A stretch of 64,000 bases of DNA from Bacteroidota bacterium (GCA_006218065.1 VBWE01000002.1:10154-74153); one strand, 5' to 3'. Counted from the first letter of the stretch, positions 1 through 9,267 are shown. Notes: generated by a model from the letters alone, not told the origin. Program-made: numbers and translations.

Positions 1-1494
1 GTCGAGGTTCTCGTTGCGCAGGCTCAGGAAGTAACTGTAATTGTTCAGCACGTAGGCGTTGTCGGGATCGAGCACCAGCGCTTTGTCAAAATACTCGTCC
101 GATTTGTCATGCTTCTTCAGTCCGTTGTATGCATCGCCGATCGCGGTGTAAAACTGGACCTGCAGCGCGTTATTATCCACCACGAAAGCCGAGCCGGTCT
201 GCAGGTTGCTGATCGCGTCCTGGTATTGCTTTTTCTTGATCAGCGTGAGCCCGAGGAAAAAATACGGCGTGGGCTGGCTCGGGAAAAGTTCCACAGCCTG
301 CTTTGCATCGATCAGCTGCGACTCGTCATCGTTCAGCTGCGAGTTGAGCAAAAGCAATTCATTCCAGATCGCGAAACGGTTTTTATCCAGTGCGAGCGCT
401 TTGCGGTACATCTCCCGCGCTTCTTTTCGCTTTTCTTCGCGGGAAAGGAAATCGCCGTAAATGGAAAACGCTTTTGCTTCGTCGGGATGCACCCGGATCA
501 GCGTTTTGCAGATCGAATCCGCTTCTATTTTAAGATCGGGCATCTGCCGTTCGGGATTATCCGTGGCGTAATAATAGTTGAGCAGGATCTTCACTTTCGT
601 ATCGATGTCCACCGAGGGCTGGCGGAAAGCGGCGATCATTTCGGAAAACGCACGCGCGTGATCTTTCTGCCGGCGGTAATATTCCGAAAGCGAAAGATGT
701 ACGTACCCGTTTTCGGGATCTACCAGCAACAGCTGGTTGTAAAGCTCCGCTGCTTTTTCCGGCTTGCCGGTTTTCTGGTAATAATCGCCGAGCATGCCGT
801 AGTAACGGCTTTCTTTCGGGTTGGTATCGATCAGCTCCTGCAGGGTTTTGATTATTTTTTCTTCGTCGCCTTTCCGCTCCAGGATTTTGAACTTTTGCAG
901 GAGCAGTGCTTCTGAAGGGCCGGTAATCTGTTCGATGCGGTCGAATACTTTCAGGGCTTCGTCCGGTTTATTCGCATACAATAATGCGTCGGCATATTCG
1001 GCGAGAAACTCCACTTTGCCCGGGTAGGTTTTGGTGAGCTTCTGCAGAACGGAGGCGGCTTCATCGAATTTGTAATTCTGCTGCAGCACCACCGCGTAAA
1101 GCCGCTGGTACCAGGGATTCGCGGGGTCGAGCAGGGCGGCTTCCTTTGCGTGCGGGAGTGCGAGGGCCGACTGGCTGCGTTCGCTGTACAGGTCGGCCAC
1201 TTCGTAATGTGCGGCGGCATTTTTCGGGTTCATCGAAATGCAGCGCTCGTAAAGCTTCATCGCTTCGGCGTAATTGCCCAGCATTTTTTCCCTGCTCGCG
1301 TCGATGAAAATGGCCTGCTGTTCGAGCTCTTCGGTGGGAATTACTTTGGGCACGCTGTTGCCGCCGGCGGGATTCGTTTTTGTTTTTCCCTTGTTGTCGC
1401 CCGAATAGGCGGTTGCAGGCGCACCGCTTTTGCAGGAAGCGAGCAGCAGGCAGAAGCCCGCGAGGAAAAAACAAATATGTCGGCTGTTTTTCAA
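1..1494 (-). CDS. TPR-repeat lipoprotein (partial; C-terminal end lies beyond window start)
   Basis: The minus-strand frame is open from the window edge to ~1494. The translation has a signal peptide with a lipobox (..FCLLLASC..) followed by TPR-like repeats (..AIGDAYNGLKKHDKSDEYFDKALVLDPDNAYVLNNYSYF..). There is no in-frame ATG at the N-terminus, so a TTG start (rc of 1492-1494) is inferred. It is absent from the ORF track because it lacks an ATG or a stop within the window. The listed + ORF 109..915 is its antisense shadow. Confidence 0.65.
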   Translation of the reverse strand, partial: MKNSRHICFFLAGFCLLLASCKSGAPATAYSGDNKGKTKTNPAGGNSVPKVIPTEELEQQAIFIDASREKMLGNYAEAMKLYERCISMNPKNAAAHYEVADLYSERSQSALALPHAKEAALLDPANPWYQRLYAVVLQQNYKFDEAASVLQKLTKTYPGKVEFLAEYADALLYANKPDEALKVFDRIEQITGPSEALLLQKFKILERKGDEEKIIKTLQELIDTNPKESRYYGMLGDYYQKTGKPEKAAELYNQLLLVDPENGYVHLSLSEYYRRQKDHARAFSEMIAAFRQPSVDIDTKVKILLNYYYATDNPERQMPDLKIEADSICKTLIRVHPDEAKAFSIYGDFLSREEKRKEAREMYRKALALDKNRFAIWNELLLLNSQLNDDESQLIDAKQAVELFPSQPTPYFFLGLTLIKKKQYQDAISNLQTGSAFVVDNNALQVQFYTAIGDAYNGLKKHDKSDEYFDKALVLDPDNAYVLNNYSYFLSLRNENLD

Positions 1495-1495
1495 A

Positions 1496-2506
1496 TCAGT
1501 TTCCGTGAATCGTTGTATAGTCACCGATGCTCAGATCGGCCGGTTTTCCACAAAGTTCGGCGTGATTTCCGATCATCGCACCGGCCACAACCGCGTTACT
1601 TATCCTGGAATTATTCTGCACGATGGTATTCCGTATAACGCTGTTTTCCACTACGGTGTTGTTCCCGATGGACGCATGCGGACCGATAACCGAGTTTCGG
1701 ATCACCACGCCTTCGCCGATAAAGCAGGGCGGAATGATCACGCTGTTCTCGTTTTTGTGGTTCCCGGTCAGTTCCGGCTGTCCTTTGCAGAACTCGAGCA
1801 CGCGCTGGTTGGTATAAACCGTGGCGTCCTTGTTTCCGCAGTCGAGCCATTCGGATACTTTACCCGGTGCAAATTTCACGCCCTTTTGCTTCATATTCTC
1901 CAGGGCATTGGTCAGCTGGTACTCGCCTTTGTCGCGGATATTGTTGTCCAGCAGGAACTGCAGTTCGCGTTTCAGGAAATCGCCGTCGCGGAAATAATAA
2001 ATCCCGATGATGGCCAGGTCGGAAACAAAAGCCTGCGGTTTTTCCACGAAATCGGTGATATGCCCGGCATCGTCTACTTTCACCACGCCGAAAGCGCGCG
2101 GGTCTTCGATCTTCTGCACCCAGATGATGCCTTCCTGCGTGGTATCCATTTTAAAATCGGCTTTGAAAAGCGTATCGGCGAAAGCCACCACAACCTTCCC
2201 GCTGATCACGGGTGCGGCGCACATGATGGCATGCGCGGTGCCGAGGGCTTCTTCCTGGTACCAGATACTTCCTTTGGCGCCGAGCTTCCCGGCCACATCG
2301 GTGAGCATGTTTTCCACTTCTTTTCCGAAAGAGGGACCGATCACAAAAGCGATTTCCTCGAGCGGTTCGTGGCATACTTTGGCGATATCCTCTACCAGCC
2401 GCTGTACGATCGGCTTGCCGGCTACCGGCAGTAAAGGTTTCGGAATAGTAAGCGTATGCGGGCGCATCCGTTTTCCCATACCCGCCATTGGAACGATGAT
2501 TTTCAT
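1496..2506 (-). CDS. sugar-phosphate nucleotidyltransferase with C-terminal left-handed beta-helix (GlmU/RmlA-like)
   Basis: The N-terminus carries the nucleotidyltransferase signature MKIIVPMAGMGKRMRP..LLPVAGKP. The C-terminus has hexapeptide repeats (VIGPHASIGNNTVVENSVIRNTIV..). Confidence 0.8.
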   Translation of the reverse strand: MKIIVPMAGMGKRMRPHTLTIPKPLLPVAGKPIVQRLVEDIAKVCHEPLEEIAFVIGPSFGKEVENMLTDVAGKLGAKGSIWYQEEALGTAHAIMCAAPVISGKVVVAFADTLFKADFKMDTTQEGIIWVQKIEDPRAFGVVKVDDAGHITDFVEKPQAFVSDLAIIGIYYFRDGDFLKRELQFLLDNNIRDKGEYQLTNALENMKQKGVKFAPGKVSEWLDCGNKDATVYTNQRVLEFCKGQPELTGNHKNENSVIIPPCFIGEGVVIRNSVIGPHASIGNNTVVENSVIRNTIVQNNSRISNAVVAGAMIGNHAELCGKPADLSIGDYTTIHGN

Positions 2507-2521
2507 ACTTCCTGTTTCATG

Positions 2522-2543
2522 GGGCGATGCAGTGCATCGCCCT
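2522..2543. other. GC-rich hairpin between dut and the downstream nucleotidyltransferase gene
   Basis: gggcgatgca/tgcatcgccc is a perfect 10-nt inverted repeat, 16 nt upstream of the 2506 start codon on the minus strand. Confidence 0.3.
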
Positions 2544-2579
2544 TACATTTGTACGGGCGTCCGTCGCCCGGTTGGATTT

Positions 2580-3011
2580 TTATTTCCCCGTATGCCCGAA
2601 GCCGCCGCTTCCGCGTTCGCTGCCGGCAAGTTCATCCGCGGGTTGCCATTCCACTTTGGCGTGCGCTGCTACTACCAGCTGGGCGATGCGTTCGCCGTCG
2701 TTGATGGTAAACGCCTGGTTGGAAAGATTGACCAGTATGACTTTAACTTCGCCGCGGTAATCGGCGTCGATGGTTCCCGGCGAGTTGAGCACGGTAACGC
2801 CGTTTTTGGCCGCCAGCCCGCTGCGCGGACGAACCTGTGCTTCAAACCCTTGCGGTATTTCCAGGAAAAGCCCGGTAGGAACCAACGCTCTTTCGAGCGG
2901 AGCGAGTGTAACGGGCTCGTCGAGCTGCGCGCGCAGGTCCATCCCGGCTGCGCCGGCAGTGGCGTATTCCGGTAACGGGTGGCGTGATTTGTTGATGATG
3001 CGGACGTTCAT
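2580..3011 (-). CDS. dut: dUTP diphosphatase
   Basis: The 143-aa product carries canonical dUTPase motifs ([42 protein letters not shown]). Confidence 0.95.
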   Translation of the reverse strand: MNVRIINKSRHPLPEYATAGAAGMDLRAQLDEPVTLAPLERALVPTGLFLEIPQGFEAQVRPRSGLAAKNGVTVLNSPGTIDADYRGEVKVILVNLSNQAFTINDGERIAQLVVAAHAKVEWQPADELAGSERGSGGFGHTGK

Positions 3012-3032
3012 ATTTTCTTACGCGAATTTAGC

Positions 3033-4496
3033 TCATTTTTTGCGAAGGGCCGGTCCTTCCAGTTTCCAAAGCAGCAGCAGGTACGGCACCAGCAACACGT
3101 TTTTCAGCAGCAGGTCGGGCCAGAACGAACCGGTACTGATGAGCGTGGAAAGCAGGAAAAGCCCGATCGCGATAGCCAGGTAGGTCAGTATCCTGCGTAC
3201 GCTGTATTTCACCGGGAAATATTTCTGCCCGAAATAATACGAAGCGATCGCCATGAACGAATAGCAGATAAGCGTGGCCCAGGCCGAACCCATATAGCCG
3301 ATGCGCGGGATCCAGAAGATATTCAGCCCGACCGTAATCGCCGCGCCCGCCAGTGTGAGCCAGGCGCCGAACATGGTGCGGTTGGTGAGCTTGTACCAGA
3401 TGGAAAGGTTGAAATAAATACCCAGCGCGAGGTTGGCCAGCAGCAGGATCGGTACAACGCCCAGCCCGGAACGGTATTCGGTGCCGACGAGATACTGTAT
3501 CCACGACATGTTGACCATGGTGCCGAGGAAGATGATGGAGCAGGCGATCACGAAATATTTCATCACCCGGGCGTACACTTTTTTGTTTTCGCCTTCTTTC
3601 TGCTGCGCGAAGAAAAACGGTTCGGCGGCGTACTGGAAAGCCATGCGGAAAATGGTCATCAGGATGGCGATTTTATAACAGGCCCCGTAAATGCCCACGT
3701 CCGTCATAGCCTGGCTTTCGGGCAGCATATACTTCAGCAGCACGCGGTCCAGCGTTTCGTTCACCATGCCCGCCAGCCCGACCACCAGCAGCGGCAGGGC
3801 GTAGCGCATCATCCTTTTCCAGAGTTCGCGGTCAAAATCGTATTTAGGCGCGCGCATGTCCGGCAGGAGCAGCAGGAGCGAAACCATATTCGCCGCGAGG
3901 TTGGCCACAAACGCATAGCCGATACCGATGTTCGGGTTATAAAGCCCGGCCCAGAAACTGCCTGTTCCGTGTTCGTATTCCGATTTGCACCAGCCGATGA
4001 AAAACAGGTTGAGCAGTACGTTCACAAAAATGTTCACCAGCTTGATCGCGGCGAAACGCCTGGCTTTGTTCTGTTCGCGGAGTTTGGCGAAAGGAACCGC
4101 CGCCACCGCATCCGTACCCACGATCAGGATGCACCAGATGATAAAGTCGGCATGCCCGGGATAACGGAGCATCCCGGAAACCGGCCCGGCGAAAAGCAGG
4201 AAAGGAAGTACCAGCACCAGCGTGGAAACCCCTACGGAAACCAGGGCGGTATGATATACTTTTTGCTTGTCGGGCTCGGAATTGGAGAAATTGAACAGGG
4301 CCGTTTCCATCCCGTAGGTGAAAATGACATTCAGGAAAGAAATGTAGGCGAAGAACTCGGTATTCGTTCCGAAGTCGGCCGGCGCATCGAAAAGGTAGGT
4401 GTAAAACGGGACCAATGCATAATTGATAGCCCTGCCGAGTATCGTACTCAGCCCGTAAACGGCCGTCTGGCCCGCGAGTTTTTTCAGCGGGTTCAA
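3033..4496 (-). CDS. polysaccharide biosynthesis protein / oligosaccharide flippase (Wzx-like, multi-TM)
   Basis: The 487-aa product is highly hydrophobic with many predicted TM helices. Its N-terminus MNPLKKLAGQTAVYGLSTILGRAINYALVPFYT is typical of the PF01943 polysaccharide-biosynthesis family. Confidence 0.8.
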   Translation of the reverse strand: MNPLKKLAGQTAVYGLSTILGRAINYALVPFYTYLFDAPADFGTNTEFFAYISFLNVIFTYGMETALFNFSNSEPDKQKVYHTALVSVGVSTLVLVLPFLLFAGPVSGMLRYPGHADFIIWCILIVGTDAVAAVPFAKLREQNKARRFAAIKLVNIFVNVLLNLFFIGWCKSEYEHGTGSFWAGLYNPNIGIGYAFVANLAANMVSLLLLLPDMRAPKYDFDRELWKRMMRYALPLLVVGLAGMVNETLDRVLLKYMLPESQAMTDVGIYGACYKIAILMTIFRMAFQYAAEPFFFAQQKEGENKKVYARVMKYFVIACSIIFLGTMVNMSWIQYLVGTEYRSGLGVVPILLLANLALGIYFNLSIWYKLTNRTMFGAWLTLAGAAITVGLNIFWIPRIGYMGSAWATLICYSFMAIASYYFGQKYFPVKYSVRRILTYLAIAIGLFLLSTLISTGSFWPDLLLKNVLLVPYLLLLWKLEGPALRKK

Positions 4497-4647
4497 CGGG
4501 TATGCAGGCTTGGTTTCTTCATGGCAGTTTTAACCATGCTACGAAGGTGAAGCAAAACGCCGCCGGGCTTCTACGGCCTTTGCCGTATTTTTGCACCGTC
4601 ACAAGTTGAAAAGCCCCGGCAGATCACTTAAACGAACGGGAAAGGGC

Positions 4648-4655
4648 TACATTTG
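4648..4655 (+). promoter_or_regulatory. candidate Bacteroidota -7 promoter element (TAcaTTTG) upstream of the lipoprotein gene
   Basis: A TAnnTTTG consensus match lies ~42 nt upstream of the ATG at 4697. No clear -33 TTG was identified. Confidence 0.3.
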
Positions 4656-4696
4656 CATGAAGTTTGTTAAACAATGCCAAACCAACACAACCAGCT

Positions 4697-5185
4697 ATGA
4701 AAAAATTGTCCTTTCTCCTTATGATCGGCTTATTCAGCATCGTATTCATGGGATGCCCCTACAGTGCGGAAATAGGGATCGACATGACGCCTTCTGTGAA
4801 AATCGATGAAAAACTGCTCGGAAAATGGGAGTCGAAATCCTCAAGCGATTATGCTTATACGGTTACCAAGTCCGATGCGAATACTTACGCGATCGAAAAA
4901 AAGAGCGCCAGCTCGGGAGATATAACTTCTTATAAAGGTTTCCTGTCGAATATCGGCGGAACGGTTTATATGAACGTTTACGAAGACGGCTCGACTACAA
5001 AAACGTACTATTTCTACAAAATCGAAATTTCCGGCAGTGGCGCAAAAACAAGCATGACGCCGGTTACGGAAAACATCACCGAGAAATTCACTACTTCGTC
5101 CGAGTTGAAAGAATTCTTCAAGAAGAACCAGATCAACAGTTATTTCTTCGATAAAGATGCAGACGTGTATATCAAAGCGGACTGA
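4697..5185 (+). CDS. hypothetical lipoprotein
   Basis: The product starts MKKLSFLLMIGLFSIVFMGC, a signal peptide with a lipobox Cys. The start was chosen at the internal Met of ORF 4664..5185. Confidence 0.6.
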   Translation: MKKLSFLLMIGLFSIVFMGCPYSAEIGIDMTPSVKIDEKLLGKWESKSSSDYAYTVTKSDANTYAIEKKSASSGDITSYKGFLSNIGGTVYMNVYEDGSTTKTYYFYKIEISGSGAKTSMTPVTENITEKFTTSSELKEFFKKNQINSYFFDKDADVYIKAD

Positions 5186-5375
5186 TTAAAAAGCAAAAGC
5201 AATATGCAAAAGGCAATATCCCAACGGTATTGCCTTTTGCTTTTTTGTCCTTTGCTGGTTGCGTTTCATACTTGCGAAGCATTCCGATCTCCAACGATAT
5301 TGCCTTTTGCATATTGCTTTTGCCCTTTGCTTTTTGTTTTGCACACTTGCGAAGCATTCCGCATATTTGAGCGTT
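5186..5375. repeat. intergenic repeat cluster: two ~72-bp degenerate tandem units carrying a 13-bp palindromic motif in both orientations and a 17-bp exact direct repeat
   Basis: gcaaaaggcaatat/atattgccttttgc occurs in both orientations. acttgcgaagcattccg occurs twice ~74 bp apart. The first copy forms a hairpin right after the stop of the lipoprotein gene. Confidence 0.6.
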
Positions 5376-5711
5376 ATGATCGTTACGTCCGACAGCACCG
5401 AGATATTCGAATTCCTGCATGACATTCACCGTTCCCCGCGCGACTATAAACGCGACGAGGTGCTGGCGGTGGAACACGAGCAGAATTTTCATATCGTGGT
5501 GTATCGCGCGGATGGCGACCGGAAAGGTTTTGTGATGTATTCCGTGGCTGATTTCCGGAACAATCCTTCGGCGCTCAACGGACTTTTTCTTTTCCTGCAG
5601 GAGATGCGGGACGAGGAACTTCCCGAAGCGCTTCGCGTGAAAGCCTTGCAGGAAGTAGAAAGCCGTCTCCACGCCCGGCCATCGGATTCGCTTTTTTACG
5701 ATGCGCACTGA
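5376..5711 (+). CDS. hypothetical protein
   Basis: A 111-aa ORF starts at the internal ATG 5376 (MIVTSDSTEIFEFL..). Sequence upstream of this ATG lies inside the repeat cluster. Confidence 0.5.
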   Translation: MIVTSDSTEIFEFLHDIHRSPRDYKRDEVLAVEHEQNFHIVVYRADGDRKGFVMYSVADFRNNPSALNGLFLFLQEMRDEELPEALRVKALQEVESRLHARPSDSLFYDAH

Positions 5712-5723
5712 TCCTGCCGCAAC

Positions 5724-6173
5724 ATGCCATTCAAAACAGAAGTTTACGGGGAATGCCTGCTGTTCATCAGCCGCAAAATCGAGGCGCTGAAAAAACAGTT
5801 GTCCGACCTGGTAGAAGATGCGAAGAACGACAGCAAAAGCACCGCCGGCGACAAGCACGAAACGGCACGCGCCATGATGCAGATTGAGCAGGAAAAACTC
5901 GGGCGGCAACTGCGGCAGCTCGAAGAACAAAAAGCGATCCTCGAAAAAACAGGCGAGACCAAACCCGCAGAAAAAATTATTCCCGGGAGCCTGGTGAAAA
6001 CAAACAAGGGCTGGATTTACCTGCTGACAGCGCTCGGCGAAATAAAAGTAAACGGAACGCCTGTTTTTATCATCTCCATGCAGTCGCCGCTCGCTATCAA
6101 ACTGGCCGGGCTGGTGAAAGGGGAGGCTGCGGAAATCAACGGAACACAATACATTGTCGAAGGAATCAGCTGA
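5724..6173 (+). CDS. GreA/GreB-like domain protein (family often annotated as transcription elongation factor-like)
   Basis: The N-terminal half is coiled-coil-like (..SAGDKHETARAMMQIEQEKLGRQLRQLEEQ..). The C-terminus (..GSLVKTNKGWIYLL..GEIKVNGT..) is FKBP-like, resembling GreA C-terminal domain proteins. Confidence 0.5.
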   Translation: MPFKTEVYGECLLFISRKIEALKKQLSDLVEDAKNDSKSTAGDKHETARAMMQIEQEKLGRQLRQLEEQKAILEKTGETKPAEKIIPGSLVKTNKGWIYLLTALGEIKVNGTPVFIISMQSPLAIKLAGLVKGEAAEINGTQYIVEGIS

Positions 6174-6179
6174 GCGAAA

Positions 6180-6974
6180 TCACAACCGCGACAATTTTTT
6201 TTTCCAGGAATACAAACCGAATTTCCGGCCGTGATACGCACAATCGCGGAAAGCGACAATCTGCGTTCCTGTTCCGTACGATTCGATCAGTAAATCTTCG
6301 TCATCGATTTCCCCTTTCACGCCGCGGTCTTCGTAAAGCACGCTCACCTGTCCGCCGAAGTGAATCACCGTGCCGCGTTCCGGCGGCCCGCTGAGCGTAT
6401 CGAGATATTTTTTGATACCCATCGGTCCGCAGTAGGGAACTTTAAATCCTTCCCGGCGTTTCCCGTAAATAGCCAGCTCCGCACAATCGGCGCCAGCGCG
6501 TATGTCCGCCTGGTGACCTGCGTGCGGAACCTGCATGGGCGGAAGAATGAACGGCGTGTGCAGCAGCTCGGTGAGATAGCCCACGTAATCGTCGCGCTCG
6601 CGGACCACGATCTGCACGCAGTTCTGTTTAAAAAACAGGTGCGGCGGTTTGACCGAGCGAATCGTATCAGGTAGCGAAACCGGGACGCTGCCGGTGGACC
6701 AGGCGAAATAATACGTGCCGGGAAACGCAGCATGAAAAGAAAGATCATCGGTATAAAACGGTTTTTGCGCCGCGCGATACGTAACCGGAACGAGGGAAAG
6801 CGTGCCCTGGCGCAGGTTTTCATATTCGCCCGGAACGGCTTCGTATGCGACGACATTACCATAAATCCGCAGCCGTAAGGTATCGCCGGTGCGAAGCAGG
6901 TGCGTGGCGGTGCTGTCGCCGGCGGAAAGCAGCGTCGAAAAAAATAACGCAAAAAACAAAAACCCGTTTTTCAT
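6180..6974 (-). CDS. secreted hypothetical protein
   Basis: The 264-aa product has an N-terminal signal peptide MKNGFLFFALFFSTLLSAG. Its 3' end overlaps the next gene by 4 bp. Confidence 0.6.
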   Translation of the reverse strand: MKNGFLFFALFFSTLLSAGDSTATHLLRTGDTLRLRIYGNVVAYEAVPGEYENLRQGTLSLVPVTYRAAQKPFYTDDLSFHAAFPGTYYFAWSTGSVPVSLPDTIRSVKPPHLFFKQNCVQIVVRERDDYVGYLTELLHTPFILPPMQVPHAGHQADIRAGADCAELAIYGKRREGFKVPYCGPMGIKKYLDTLSGPPERGTVIHFGGQVSVLYEDRGVKGEIDDEDLLIESYGTGTQIVAFRDCAYHGRKFGLYSWKKKLSRL

Positions 6975-8320
6975 TGGCGTTTCTCTGCTGTTGCGCCGAG
7001 GATATAAATTTCAGAAATGCAGACGTCGTCGTATTTGCTGCCGGGGTAAATTTCTTTCACCGTCAGCCGCAGTTTTTTCGCGCAGAGCGAAGCGTCGCCC
7101 ATGTCGCAGGCAATGGTACACGAAGCCCAGGGGATTTTGGCATTCACCGGTTTCCAGGCACTGTCGCAATCGGAATAGGATTCAAAACTCTCGCGGTTTG
7201 AAATGTATGCTTCCGGATCGCAGGTCCCCGATGCGTCCATTTGCTTCACCCGGTTGTTCTTGTAAAAAAGTTCTTCGCTGCGCGCGAACCCGTTTACGAT
7301 CAGCACGGCAAAAACCTGCATCGTGCTGTCGAACTCAATGTCGATAAACTGTCCCGCGCCATCTTCTCCCGCACCGTCGGCCCAGCAGGTGTTCAGGTTA
7401 CCGTCAGTCATTTTTTCCGCGACATAATTATCGCCGAGCGAAGAACTTGTCCTGATGGATTTGATATGCTTGTTGATATTTTGATTTCCCGTAAGGTACC
7501 GGCCGAATTTCTGAAAGGCGCTGTTGTCGTACATAATCCGTAAACGGCCGAGGTCGCCGAGTTTTACGTTGACGCCGTCGTATTCGAATATGCCGGTGAT
7601 TTTTTCACGCAGCGTCATACCGCCGAACGCGATGGATCCACCGTTATAAACGACTTGTTGCGCATCGATCTGCATATTGAATTTTCCGGCAACACCTTTT
7701 CCCCAATAGCTGGCGGGCGTAAAATCGTAAACCATGGTCCGGTCGGAATAATACGCGAAAAAACTTTTGGAAGTGGCCCAGTCTTCAAAACCGTTCCGTG
7801 TTTTAAACTGCACGCGGATGGTCGCTTTTTTACCGGCGGGAATTTTCAGCTTCGCCACGTGCCAGCGCCTCCAGGTGGAGAAAAGTTCCAGTTGTTTGTT
7901 ACCCCCGGTGTCTTTTGAAAGAATGGAGTCGGGGCGCTGCCGGTTGGGCTCGTTGTAAAATGTTGTGCTTACGGGAACATCATTGAAGAACAATTCGAAA
8001 TCGTCGCCTTTCAGCGAATCCGACCAGCGTCCTTCCATCCATTCGATCTGGCGTACATCAACCGGGAAGCCGTACGTGACCTCCTGGTCGGTTTTTTGTT
8101 CGTTGAGCAGCGTGTACGTTACATACACAAAACCGCTGTCGCCCGCCAGGCGGATGCGGAGATCCTCGCTGAGTAATCTGATCTGCGCCTGCCGCAGCGG
8201 AACGATATTCCCCGTGGCGTAAAATTCCGACCCGTCCACCGGCCCGCCATTCGCGCGCAGCGTTGCGTGAAAAAAGAAGGACAGGAGAAAAACGGAAAAG
8301 AAGCGGCGGTTCATTTTCAT
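6971..8320 (-). CDS. secreted protein with C-terminal F5/8 type C (discoidin/galactose-binding-like) domain
   Basis: The start is placed at MKMNRRFFSVFLLSFFFHATLRA (signal peptide). The C-terminal region ..TDGNLNTCWADGAGEDGAGQFIDIEF.. resembles discoidin-like domains. Confidence 0.55.
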   Translation of the reverse strand: MKMNRRFFSVFLLSFFFHATLRANGGPVDGSEFYATGNIVPLRQAQIRLLSEDLRIRLAGDSGFVYVTYTLLNEQKTDQEVTYGFPVDVRQIEWMEGRWSDSLKGDDFELFFNDVPVSTTFYNEPNRQRPDSILSKDTGGNKQLELFSTWRRWHVAKLKIPAGKKATIRVQFKTRNGFEDWATSKSFFAYYSDRTMVYDFTPASYWGKGVAGKFNMQIDAQQVVYNGGSIAFGGMTLREKITGIFEYDGVNVKLGDLGRLRIMYDNSAFQKFGRYLTGNQNINKHIKSIRTSSSLGDNYVAEKMTDGNLNTCWADGAGEDGAGQFIDIEFDSTMQVFAVLIVNGFARSEELFYKNNRVKQMDASGTCDPEAYISNRESFESYSDCDSAWKPVNAKIPWASCTIACDMGDASLCAKKLRLTVKEIYPGSKYDDVCISEIYILGATAEKRQ

Positions 8321-8375
8321 GGAGCGGATTAATAGAAGTAAATGTCGAGAATTATCCGACACCTTTCAATTTGAA

Positions 8376-8466
8376 AATGGACCGATTTGAAAATTGAGAA
8401 AATGCCCTTGCGCGTTGAGTTGCGCGCATCTTCAAATTTTCAAATCGAGTCATTTTCAAATTAACC
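8376..8466. repeat. imperfect palindromic repeat element copy A (AT-rich arms gatttgaaaat../..attttcaaatc around GC-rich hairpin tgcgcgttgagttgcgcgca)
   Basis: The arms cgatttgaaaattgagaaaatgc and gcatcttcaaattttcaaatcg are reverse complements over 12+ nt. A second copy in inverted orientation lies at 9165-9245. Confidence 0.7.
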
Positions 8467-8530
8467 CGCATACTTTCCGAAGAAAAAGAAACTTGGTTTT
8501 CCGGCGGTCGCTGAGGAGAAAGCGTAGTAT

Positions 8531-9061
8531 TTACGCACCTTTGATCAGTTCCACGTGGCAGAGCAGTTTTACCTCATCGCTCACCACCAGTCCGCCGGTT
8601 TCCGTCGCTGCGCTCCAGTGCAGGCCGAATTCCTTCCGGTTGATTTTGCCGCTGATTTCAAATCCTGCGCGCAGGTTGCCCCAGGGATCTTTCATTGTTC
8701 CGCCGAATTCCACCTGGAGATCGATCGCCTTAGTAACGCCGCGCATGGTCAGGTCGCCCGACATGTTAAACTGATCGTCGCCGCTTTTGGTGATCGTATT
8801 CGAAACGAACGTTACGAGCGGATGCGTTTCCGCGTCGAAAAAGTCAGGCGATTTCAGGTGACCGTCGCGCTGCTCGTTCCCGGTCGTGATGCTGTTTACA
8901 TCGGCGGAGAAAAAAATACGCGCCGAAGTAAAATCATCGCCGTCCGTTTCGGCTTTCACATCATATTTCGTGAAGCTGCCGGTAACGGTGGAAATGACAA
9001 GATGCTTTACTTTAAAAGTGATTTCCGAATGGGAAGGATCGATGCTCCAGTTGGTTTTCAT
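8531..9061 (-). CDS. yceI: YceI family protein
   Basis: The 176-aa product matches the YceI-like domain (..HSEITFKVKHLVISTVTGSFTKYDVKAE..GNEQRDGHLKSPDFFDAE..). Confidence 0.9.
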   Translation of the reverse strand: MKTNWSIDPSHSEITFKVKHLVISTVTGSFTKYDVKAETDGDDFTSARIFFSADVNSITTGNEQRDGHLKSPDFFDAETHPLVTFVSNTITKSGDDQFNMSGDLTMRGVTKAIDLQVEFGGTMKDPWGNLRAGFEISGKINRKEFGLHWSAATETGGLVVSDEVKLLCHVELIKGA

Positions 9062-9086
9062 GTCTTTGTCTGTTTGGTTAACAGCA

Positions 9087-9094
9087 CAAAGATA
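9087..9094 (-). promoter_or_regulatory. candidate -7 element (TAtcTTTG on minus strand) for yceI
   Basis: rc of cacaaagata gives a TAnnTTTG match ~27 nt upstream of the yceI ATG. Confidence 0.3.
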
Positions 9095-9164
9095 TAAATA
9101 AATGTTACAACATCTAATGTTGTTGCTTTAATTGTTTTATATTGATAACCACTGTATTGTAATT

Positions 9165-9245
9165 TGAAGATTCCCCGATTTGAAAATGGGGAAGATGCAC
9201 GCAGATCAAAGCGCATAGGCATTTTCTCAATTTTCAAAGGCAATG
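9165..9245. repeat. imperfect palindromic repeat element copy B (inverted relative to copy A)
   Basis: The rc of this segment (gcctttgaaaattgagaaaatgcctatgcgctttgatctgcgtgcatcttccccattttcaaatcgggg) aligns base-for-base with copy A, with a few substitutions. Confidence 0.7.
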
Positions 9246-9267
9246 ATTGCCGAGTTGGGACAAAGGG
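9229..9267. repeat. left inverted repeat bounding the AT-rich insertion
   Basis: aattttcaaaggcaatgattgccgagttgggacaaaggg matches rc of 14257-14296 (ccaatttgaaaaggcaatgattgctgtaatgggacaaagg) at ~36 of 41 positions. Confidence 0.6.

Noticed and set aside
109-915. 268-aa + strand ORF from the track
   Set aside because: It is antisense to a clear TPR-lipoprotein reading frame on the minus strand and is Arg/Leu/Phe-rich with no motif. It is an antisense shadow of a GC-rich gene.
2007-2975. 322-aa + ORF spanning the nucleotidyltransferase and dut region
   Set aside because: It overlaps two well-supported minus-strand genes and has an Ala/Ser/Thr-rich low-complexity translation.
6365-6952. 195-aa minus ORF and 104-aa + ORF inside 6180..6974
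   Set aside because: These are alternative frames of the secreted-protein gene. Their Arg-rich composition is typical of out-of-frame GC-rich sequence.
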